Shown one piece after another: positions 12,763 through 23,242 of a stretch of 64,000 bases of DNA. The notes beneath the pieces were generated by a model. The model ran no database searches. It was not told the origin of the DNA and worked only from the letters and a program-made list of their open reading frames with translations. Position 1 is the stretch's first letter, and every line of letters begins with the position of its first letter. A program made the position numbers and the translations under genes. Source of the DNA: Azolla caroliniana (Eukaryota > Plantae > Polypodiophyta). The stretch spans positions 16,926,001-16,990,000 of the forward strand of contig JBHGNT010000009.1 of the NCBI GenBank assembly GCA_043228905.1. The letters run 5' to 3'.

Positions 12763-12989
12763 CGCAATTCCGCAACCATGCAACGAAGTCATGAAGAGCC
12801 GATCTACCGCGCAAAGCCGTGAAGAAAGACACAAGCCGAAGCACAAACTTCGTAACTACGCACAACGCAAGTTGGAGCACGGATCCCGTAACTCCGCAGA
12901 AATGCGAGTCGACACGGACTCCGGAACGCAAGTCGAAGCATATTTTTGGATACTGTCTGAAACCGACCTGAGTTGAGCTTGTGGGGGCG

Positions 12990-15252
12990 TGTTGAGAATC
13001 AAGCTCAACTTGGTCTAGTGTGTGAACTCACCTTGAGAGTGAATAGACACTCCAATGGTCAAGAGTCACCATTAAGTCACCACTTTGTATTCTAGCATTT
13101 AGTATGAGTCATAGAATCATATTCTATGACACATAACTTATGAGCTTTCACATTCCCCATGCTCCATGAGCCTTGTAGTTAATGAAGAGAGAGGGTGACT
13201 ACATAAAGCACTCTCCTCCCACCTTGTATAATGTTGAGTCTTTCTCCTTTGTCAATATACTTTTACCTTGCGTATTCTCTGTGTGCATTGCAACATGGTA
13301 TGCCGTACGATTGGACTACAAATTGGATCAAACCTTTACATAAAGGTGGAGATATAAATAATGTAAACAACTATCGAACCATCATGGTTGGCTCATTAAT
13401 GGCAAAACTATTTGGATGTATAATGGAATCAAAGATAAGTGTATGGGCTGAAAAAAGTGGTAAGAGAGCTTATGGACAAGCTGGTTTTCGGAAACACCAT
13501 AGCCCCATTGATCACCTTATCACCCTTCGAGTATTAATGGAGGAAAGTCGCCTTAGAGGTAAAGGTTTATATTGTTGCTTTGTAGACTTCAAGAAAGCTT
13601 TTGATATGGTACCTCGTGAGCATCTTTGGAGGCGAATGGAAGAACTTGAGGTGCCAAGTGAATATATGCTTGCAATTTCCCAAATTTATGAGAAGGTTAT
13701 ATGTTGTGTGCGCAGGAGAGATAAACTTTCAGATTTTTTCAAAAGCACTATTGGTGTTAAGCAAGGATGCCCACTCTCACCAACACTATTTGGTCTATGC
13801 ATTGATGAATTGGAAGAAATGGTTACCAAGTTTTCAAAGGAAGAATGTGTTGAAGAAGTTGCCATTGGGAATGTTGTGATTATGCTTTTGCTATATGCAA
13901 ATGATGTAGTGCTTTTTGCAAATACTTTAGGAGATGCACAAAAGCTTATGAAGGCATTGGAAATTTTTTGCATGCATACTAAATTAAGTGTCAATAGCTC
14001 TAAAACAAAGATTATGCTTGTGAAGAGCCAAAAAAGAGATAAACCATGCATTATGTACAACAATGAGCCACTTGAATGTGTGGAAAGCTTCAAATATCTT
14101 GGCCTTGAAGTTCCTTCAAATCATACATGGAATGAATGTGCTACACGCCGCTTAGAGGCGGGCAAATGAGCATACTATGCATTTAAGAACACATGCAATC
14201 TTGGAGATATTAAGTGTTGGTTCCTCAAGAAATATCTTTTCGACACTTTGGTGACACCAGTTCTTCTCTATGGGGTGGAAGTATGGGGCGGTAGCATCCC
14301 TAAATCTATGTGGAAAGAGTTTGAAAATGTCCAAAAGCATTTTCTTACCAAGTTTCTACAAGTTAAGAAACAAACGCCCTACACCCTCCTCCACCTTGAG
14401 ACGGGATCGCTTCCCATTGAGATCATGGCCATGGAAAGGGTTCTTGAATACATGCTGAAGGTTCAAAAAAGTCCCTCACATCGACTTCCTAGAATTGCAT
14501 GGGAAGCAAGCAAAAAGATCCAAAAGACGCATAAAAGCAAAATTTTGTGTTCCGGTTGGATGCAAGATATAGAAAAATGGTTTGGTAGATGGGATGCGAG
14601 ACACTTGCTTCATGATGCATCATTAGATTCCTCTGTAAATGAGGCATTTTTGCAACGCCAATGTATCATGACATGGGACAAATGTGGAGGCTCACACTTC
14701 ACACATTATACTACGCATGTTGCACCTAACTACAAAACCATATTCTTTGCGGAACGGGGAAATCGTACACATCCATACATGTTAGAGCCCATACTGTTAT
14801 CTGCCATTTGAACCATTGCTTCCATGCGACTTAGCTCACATGCATTGCGATGTGAAACAGGGCGTTGGGGTACAAGTGATGAGAGTGGTCGGCTATGCAC
14901 ACTTTGCCCTAAACAAGTTCGCGAGTCTGAGTATCACACTTTGATACAATGCTCTGCCTTTGATCATATTCGACCATGCTTTCCACATCTCTTTGATCGA
15001 GCCCAATCTTTGCATGAATTCCTCTCACAACCACAATGTGCACTCTCGATTGCAACATTCATTGGTAAAGTTCTTGAACATCAAGAGTCACTACTCACTT
15101 TCACACATATCACGTGAAATGTAATATTTTTGGTCTGATAGGTCATATTTGATCTCCGAAGACGATAATATAATCTATCTATCTATCTCTTACACACACA
15201 CATAACTCACATCTCTTCCGCTCCACAAGAATCCATCTCTTGATTCTTTACA
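12990..15252 (+). repeat. LTR A3 (3' LTR: 12990-13284 plus 15189-15252), split by the LINE
   Basis: Matches LTR A2. About 20 bp of the CA-rich tract is lost at the LINE site. Confidence 0.92.
13285..15188 (+). mobile_element. 5'-truncated non-LTR retrotransposon (LINE), RTEX/RTE-like
   Basis: RT motifs NYRTI, QAGFR, FVDFKKAFD, GVKQGCPLSPTLF, LLYANDVV and KYLG. C-terminal RLSSHALRCETGRW plus CxxC..ExxH....C. (ATCT)n tail instead of poly(A). The clade call is inferred from motifs. Confidence 0.88.
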
Positions 15253-15257
15253 TTTGG

Positions 15258-15379
15258 CAATCTAAAAACAATGTTCTTCGTTTGCATTTCACGAAGCCGT
15301 GGGAAGTTAATGTGGCCGGACCGTTTGTGCCATAGGTCCATATCTGATTTGACCTTCTATCCTTTCACGAACATCGTTG
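15258..15379 (-). pseudogene. Copia pre-integrase fragment (continuation of 1-519)
   Basis: Minus strand reads DLWHKRSGHINFPRLREMQ. Confidence 0.85.
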
Positions 15380-15649
15380 TATCGTGATGTTTCACGCGTG
15401 TGTGTTACTTGGGCAAGCCCACGGGGGTCTTGGACTACGGAATACTGAAGGGATAGAGAAGACCCGAGGTTTGCTTTATGACAATACTACTTCCCAACCC
15501 CTTCCCAAGCAAGGGCTCGTTGCCCCTTTTGTGAGGCCGGTGGCTTTCGTTGATCACGACTAGTCGAGTTTTCAAGATCACCGCACGAGCCAATGATCAA
15601 ACGGGTACAAGCAAGGTTGAGCATGCAAGATGAACGCACAAGGGTATGA

Positions 15650-16422
15650 TACCACAAACACAAATGCCTGTACATCTTTATGCGGAGGAGAGGTGCATGG
15701 GCACGCTTGAATTCTCCCTTGTCACAAGATGTCGAATGTACGAGGAAGACACAAAACACATGCACGAATGCTTGTACGCCTTTATGAGGAGGAGAGGTGC
15801 ATGGGCATGCCCTAAACGGTCCCTCATCACAAGACGGTCAAACGTGCAAGGAAAACACAAACACACGCAACAAATGCTCGTACGCCTTTATGAGGAGGAG
15901 AGGTGCGTGGGCACGCCCGAAACGCTCCCTCATCACAAGAAGGTCGACCATACAAGGAAGACACAAACACATGCACAAATGCTCATACGTCTTTATGAGG
16001 AGGAGAGGTGGATGGGCATGCCCGAAACGCTCCCTCGTCACAAGACGGCGGAACGTACAAGGAAGACACAAACACACGCACAAAATGCTTGTACGCCTTT
16101 ATGAGGAGGAGAGATGCATGGGCACGCCCGAAACGCTCCCTTGTCACAAGACGGCCGAATGTACAAGGAAGACACAAACACACGCACAAATGCTCGTACG
16201 GCTTTATGAGGAGGAGAGGTGCATGGGCACGCCTGAAATTCTCCCTCGTCACAAGACAACCGAACGTACAAGGAAGACACAAACACACACACAAAATGCT
16301 CGTACGGCTTTATGAGGAGGAGAGGTGCATGTGCACGCCCGAAACACTCCCAAGACGACTGAACGTACAAGGAAGACACAAGCACACACACAAATGCTCG
16401 TATGCCTTTATGAGGAGGATAG
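15650..16422. repeat. 105-106-bp tandem repeat within the element D 3' LTR (continues at 22186-22340)
   Basis: Unit contains TTTATGAGGAGGAGAGGTGCATGGGCACGCCCGAAACGCTCCCTCGTCACAAGACGG and recurs at about 105-bp period. Confidence 0.93.
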
Positions 16423-16442
16423 TGTCATGACGACATACATTT

Positions 16443-16515
16443 TGGCCTTACAAGGATTTGAGCCCAAGACGTCTTGGTCTATATGTTAGACCTTTAACCA
16501 TTATACTAACATATA
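16443..16515 (-). promoter_or_regulatory. tRNA-like A/B-box cassette in element C U3 (second copy at about 21731-21803)
   Basis: Minus strand: TAGTATAATGG (16508) and GGCTCAAATCC (16464), with T8-G53 spacing of 45 nt. Confidence 0.6.
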
Positions 16516-16969
16516 TGATGTATAGTTATAATAAATGTATTATTAGTTATTACAAGACATTTAGAGTATTCTAGAACATTCTAGGATATTCCATGATTAT
16601 ATTAAATATCATAAATATCTAAAATATTCTAGAACATTCTAGAATACTTCATAAGGACCTATAAATAGGTGTCTATTCATTCATCACAACTCATTCGGTT
16701 CAACATCAGTTTGTAGCGCTTAGCCTACTCTTTTTAATCCTTGCTCTCTTATAATATAAACTCTCTTTCCATTTATAGTGTTCTTTATCTGTCTCTCTCT
16801 GTCTCTCTCTGTCTCTCTCTCTCTCTCTACCTTCTACTGTCATCTTATTTTTCTCTCCTATTCTGAAGTCACGACAGTTTGAACTGAATCTATCTCTTTT
16901 CTTCTTCTCCAACTTCTTCTTCTTATCTTAACCTTATTCAACCAAATCTAGTAATTTTCTATCACAACT

Positions 16970-19900
16970 ATGGAGTCCGTTAGCAAGCAAGAATATATGC
17001 GTGTTCTCTCCGAGCTCGAAATGCTAACAACCAAATTCGTGGCACTAGAACATGAAAATCAAAGATGGTTGGGAGACCTACATCAAGTAAGTGCTGAGAA
17101 AGTACAACAATATGAAGAATTATCTCAACGGGTGCATCAATTGGAGACTACTCTATTGCAACGACAAGTGGCGGAAGTTCAAACCTCGCTGAAGGAACCC
17201 AAGATTAGTCTGCCGGCCAAGTTTGATGGTACAAGGTCTCAGTTTTGTGGATTTTTAAATTAGGTACGGCTTGCGATTAAATTGCATCCTAGCCGTTACC
17301 CAACTGATGTTGCTCGTGTGGGTCTAGTTGGTACCTTGTTAACGGGTACCGCATTAGCGTGGTTTGCACCACTCCTAGAGAAGCACTCACCATTATTAGA
17401 AGATTTTGAAGGGTTTATTAATGAGTTCCAAGCCAACTTTGGAGACATTGATAGTATAAGGACCGCAATAAACAAAATTCAGCGATTACGACAAGGAGAT
17501 CGTCCTGCTTCCGCTTATGCTGCAGATTTTCGCCTTCTAGCATGTGATATTCCATGGGACGAGGCGACATTAATGGACCAATTTCGTCAAGGTCTGCGCA
17601 ATGATGTGAAGGATTTACTTCTTACCTTCCATGATGATCCAAAATCTCTTACTGAAGCAGTAAGTTGGGCCGTGCGATGTGACAATCGCTTATTTGAGCG
17701 GCGTTCTGAGCGCCAACAAATGTTACGCTTTCGACCAACAGAAACATATGCTTCGGTGGTTGCAACTCCACCCCAAGTATCAAAGTCACGTGTGGTGGAA
17801 GGCCCTACTCCAATGGAAATCGAGACAACACGACGTCGAGGACCATTATCGGATGCTGAAGAGCAACAACGGCGAGCAAATCGTCTATGCCTCTATTGTG
17901 GTGGTCCAGGGCATATTGCTGTGAATTGTCCACATAAACCACGACGACAAGTTAACCAAGTAAGTGCTCATGAAAATCGCATCTCAATTTCTGCCCCGCC
18001 TTCTCGTAACCCAAGTAGGCCTAGTAGTCCCTGTCATAAAAATACATTTGATGTCTTGAGCCAATTAGATGATGTGTTAAACGAGTATGTCCGGCCAAAA
18101 TCGGAGCCATTTGGTTGGACAACCCTAGGCATGTAACGTTCGTCCCTATTTGTGGTTCCATTTCATCCGGTCAAGTTAGTCGAGTTTTCTCTGCACAAGT
18201 TGAGCTTAACACATCTAGGTGCCATCAAGTCCCAGCTTCTGCCCTCTTAGACTTTAGAGCCAACTCTTGTTTCATGGATTGTGAGTTTGCTGTAATGCAT
18301 AATATTCAGTTGCATAAGCTCCGAAGCCCAATGTCAGTCGGAGTCATTGATGGACGCCCCATAGCATTAGGTGATATAGTTGAAGAGTCTGAACCAATTC
18401 ATGTAGTCCTAGGCAATTTGGCTAGTGTCATCTCATTCAACGTCATTAGTAGTCCAGAGCACTCCCTAGTTCTTGGTCTTCCATGGTTTGAGCTACATAA
18501 CCCAACTATTGATTGGAGAAAAAGAACCATCGAAGAAGTCACAATACAGTCTGAGCCTCTTAAAACTCCAACAAAGGATATGACATTCCAAAAGATTTCG
18601 ACAATCTCTATACATCAATTACGTGAGGAAGGACGGAAGGAAGACATGTTGGTGTTCGCAGTTTTAGCAACTCCCACATCAAGCTCACAAGAATCGGGGG
18701 TCCAACTACCGAAGAAATATATAGAATTCTCCGATGTTTTTAATAAGGTGAAGGCCAATAGACTACCAGAGCATTGACCATATGATTGCCTGATTGATTT
18801 GCAGCCCGGAAAAGAGCCTCCATGGGGGCCAACTTACAACCTTTCACCCACAGAGTTAGAGGTTCTTCGGGAATATATCGATGAGAACTTGGCGAATGGG
18901 TTTATCTAGCATTCAAGATCTCCTGCCGGCGCACCCATATTTTTCGTTAAGAAGAAAGATGGTTCGCTTTGTTTGGTCGTGGATTATCGAGGATTGAATA
19001 AAGTAACTATTCGAAACCGATATGCTCTACCATTGATTTCGAGCCTTCTGGAACGCCTCAATGGAGCTAAGTATTTCACAAAGTTAGATCTTCGAGGTGC
19101 TTACAATCTTGTTCGAATTCGTCCTGGGGATGAATGGAAGACTGCTTTTCGTACTCGCTATGGCCATTTTGAGTATACAGTGATGCCATTTGGTCTCACG
19201 AATGCACCAGCAGTTTTCCAACATATGGCGAATGACATTTTTCGAGATTTCCTCGATATTTTCGTCATAATTTACCTAGATGATATCTTGATCTACTCAA
19301 AAACTCAAGAGGATCATGATATACACGTTCGACAAGCTTTGCAACGATTGCGTGAATATGGTCTCTATGCAAAATTGGAGAAGTGCAGCTTTGACCAGCG
19401 TCAAGTGGAATTTTTGGGGTACATAGTCTCTTCACATGGCATCTCTATGGATCTAGCAAAGGTTCAAACAGTTTTGGGTTGGCAAACACCACAATTCGTG
19501 CAAGATGTACAATGTTTTTTAGGGTTCACAGACTTTTATCGCAAGTTCATCAAAGATTATTCAAAGATCGTATTACCCCTCACTCAACTAACACAGAAGA
19601 ATCAACCATTTGTGTGGAGTATAAATGCAAACTCTGCATTTGAAGGATTAAAGCAAGCATTTACATCCACACCAATTTTGATGCATGTTGATCCATTGAA
19701 GTGCTTTATACTGGAAGCTGATGCATCTGACTTCGCACTAGGAAGCGTATTATCCCAGATTAGCAATGATGGCCAACTACACCATGTGGCTTTTCATTCA
19801 CGGAAATTCGAAGCTGCAGAAATCAACTATGAGATTCACGACAAAGAGCTTCTTGCCATTGTGGATTCTTTTCAACAATGGCGTCATTTTTTGGAGGGTT

Positions 19901-21680
19901 CGTCTCAACAAATCATTGTCTATAATGATCACAAAAATCTAACATACTTCCAAAGTGCTCGAGTCTTGAGTCGTCGACAAGCTCGTTGGGCGCAGTTTTT
20001 AACTCATTTTGATTTCGTAATTCTATATCGCCCTGGGACGCAACAAGGCAAAGCAGATGCTTCATCTCGGCGTTCATATATGGAACTTCAACCAGGAGAG
20101 GCCGCATTTGAAAGTCAGAAGCAAATCCTCTTGGGTCCTGACCGTCTACAACTAATGGCTTTTCATGCTATAGACACACCCGAGGATTCACGTCTTCTAG
20201 ACTCCATTCGGGAGCAAATTGAGACTGATGAATTCGCCCAAGATATTCTGAGCCATATTATCCCAGATCGTGCTTCTTGTTCACAATCTCAAAATCCTCG
20301 TTAAGACTACAACCAGTTCAATTGGCATGATGGTTTACTTTTTCGACAAAATCTCTTATATGTGCCTGATGGTCCTTCTTGACTCCAAGTCTTGCAACAA
20401 TGTCATGATACACCAATGGCCGGACATTTTGGCATCCACAAGACTTTGGCGTTAATTTCTCGAAGGTATTGGTGGCCACGACTTCGCCATTTTGTTACGG
20501 ATTATGTTCGTAGTTGTGACACATGTTGTTGATCCAAAAAACCTTCACATCATCCATATGGCTTATTACAGCCAATGCCTATTCTTGAGAGTCCATGGAA
20601 ATCTATTTCATTGGACTTCATTACGGATCTACAACCTTCCAAGGGTTTTGATTCTATTCTCACGGTAGTAGATCGTTTTACCAAGATGGCACATTTTCTT
20701 CCCTGCACAAAGGCCATTACGAGCCAAGAGATAGCCGAGTTACTCATGCGAGAGGTGTTTCGGCATCATGGTCTTCCTGATGATATTATCAGTGATCGGG
20801 GTCCCCAGTTCATCTCAAAATTTTGGCGGCACATGTTTAAACTCTTACATACTTATTGCAAACTCTCTTCCGGCTACCATCCAGAAACTAACGGACAAAG
20901 TGAGCGCACCAACCAAACTGTAGAACAATATCTTCGTTGTTTTGTCAACTATCAACAAGATGATTGGGTTGATCTTACATTTGGCGGAATTTGCTTACAA
21001 CAACTCAGAACATTCTTCTACTAGATATTCCCCATTTTTTGCAAACATTGGGTACCATCCTCATTGGACTATGCTTGAACATCCCGAACTCTTGACAAAC
21101 CCGACTGCTGAAGATCGGCTCACCCGACTCCAAGAAGTTCAAGATATCCTTTTACACCATTTATGTGATGCTCAAAACACTCAAAAGAAGGTTGCCGACC
21201 GTCATCGATGTGATTCATCGACTACGTTTCAAGTGGGGGATCGAGTATGGCTTTTACAAGGTTGCATTAAAACAACCCGACCTTGCTGCAAATTGGATTA
21301 TCAACGTTTTGGCCCATATGTGATACCTGGTAAGATCAATGATGTGGCATTTTGCCTTGATCTTCCCCCTCATATGCATCTTCACCCGGTCTTCCATGTT
21401 TCACTTTTGGAGCCGTACATAACCAGCTCTATTCCAGGCCGTCTTACATCTCCCCCACCTCCAATCGAAGTTTCAGATGGCTCCGAATATGAAGTTGCTG
21501 CCATTCTCGACTCCAAGATCGTTCGCAACAAACTGTATTATTTGGTTGACTAGTTAGGTTATACACCTAATGATCGAACATGGGAACCTCTTGAGAATCT
21601 TGCTAATGCCTCCGAAATGGTTGCTGCATTTCATAACAAATATCCTCATAAGCCAAGTCCGAAATCTTGTCTTCTGACTC
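16970..21680 (+). pseudogene. Element C gag-pol with chromodomain (premature stops)
   Basis: CLYCGGPGH knuckle, [13 protein letters not shown] and IYLDDIL RT, DASDFALG RNase H, ISLDFITDL integrase, EYEVAAILDS...YLVD chromodomain. Confidence 0.93.
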
Positions 21681-23242
21681 GTGGAACTCATTGTCGAAAA
21701 GGGGGGATAATGTCATGACGACATACATTTTGGCCTTACAAGGATTTGAGCCCAAGACGTCTTGGTCTATATGTTAGACCTTTAACCATTATACTAACAT
21801 ATATGATGTATAGTTATAATAAATGCATTATTAGTTATTACAAGACATTTAGAGTATTCTAGAATGTTCTAGAACATTCTAGATATTCCATGATTATATT
21901 AAATATCTAAAATATTCTAGAACATTCTAGAATACTCCATAAAGACCTATAAATAGGTGTCTATTCATTCATCACAAGTCATTCGGTTCAACACCAGTTT
22001 GTAGCCCCTTAGCCTACTCTTTGTAATCCTTGCTCTCTTATAATATAAACTCTCTTTCCATTTATAGTGTTCTTTCTCTCTCTCTCTCTCTCTCTCTCTC
22101 GCTCTCTCTCTCTCTTTCCCTCTACCTTCTACCTTCTACTGTCATCTTATTTTTCCCTCTCCTATTCTCAAGTCATGACAGATAGGTGCATGGGCACGCC
22201 TGAAACGCTCCCTCGTCACGAGATGGCCGAACGTACAAGGAAGACACAAACACATGCAAGAATGCTCGTATGCCTTTATGAGGAGGAGAGGTGCATGGGC
22301 ATGCCCGAAATGCTTCCTCGTCACAAGGCGGCCGAACGTAGAAGTGGACAAGAACAAAGAAAGAAAGAAAGAAAAAAAAAAAACACAAATAATATTGGTT
22401 AAAGAAATAAATACGTGTTCAATTCCAACGCAAGAGGGCCCTTTGTAAAATAGGGTTTGATTACAATGTGGCAACTTGTAGTTAATCACAAGCTCAACAA
22501 AACATAAATACTAAATGTCCTTAGAGAGAAGAGCAAATCTTAACATGGAGCACGAACACATGAGCACCACAAAAATGCCGACCCCAACGAATTACGACCA
22601 CCCGAACGGTGAGCACACGGGCTCGCAATGACGAATGGGGCGAAGCAATGTCGAACTAACGAAGCTCAAGCTCACGAGCACCGTAATCGAGCACTTCGAG
22701 TACCAACGCAAAGAAGACGAGCACGTGGCGATGAGTGGATGAAGGGGTATAAGATGAAGAGAAGTCGTGAAGAAGAAGATGAAGAGCTCCGAAGGAAAAA
22801 TGATGATAGTCTCCTCCTCCCAAAACGTCCTCCCAAATGAGCCCCCCTCGACCTCCTTTTATAGGAAAAAAAGAAGGGGGGTCGCCAATTTTGCCTTCAA
22901 TGTAAAAGGAATAAAATTCCTTAAATCACGCTACATTGTAACACCAAATTTGAATCGTGCACCTCTAGCTAGAAGTCAATGTGACTATCCACTAGCCCAT
23001 TAACTCTCTCTTATATAATATATAATTCTATCTCTACAAATTCGTAGCCTGTCTCCCTTGTACCTTTTATCTCTCCTCTCTCTTACTTTTTACACGAGCT
23101 TCTATACATCATTTCCACCCTTTCTTTTCCATTTTTTTTGCATGTGCACAATTAATTGCCTTTGTGTGCACACACATTGCACATGCACTTTTTGACCCCC
23201 CCTGCCAGTTTTTCCCACTCTCAAGCACGCCACATCACGACA

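Larger units (their letters stand above)
520..15252 (+). mobile_element. Compound Ty1/Copia element A with three LTR copies, a nested Gypsy (B) and a LINE
   Basis: TG...CA ends. 5-bp TSD TTTGG at 515-519 and 15253-15257. Domain order gag-PR-IN-RT-RH. Confidence 0.93.
16423..22180 (+). mobile_element. Chromovirus element C (Tcn1-like, self-primed)
   Basis: LTRs at 16423-16876 and 21711-22180. TSD GATAG. PPT GAAAAGGGGGGATAA. Non-tRNA PBS GTTTGAACTGAAT. Confidence 0.94.

Noticed and set aside
15646-16430. Overlapping ORFs with repeated LYEEERCMGTPETLP (also 47308-48367)
   Set aside because: Translations of the 105-bp tandem repeat; the units shift frame.
22388-22430. Possible sixth A/B-box cassette (TAATATTGG...GTTCAATTCC) in the element D LTR
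   Set aside because: Spacing is too short and it lies downstream of the probable TATA, so it was not counted.
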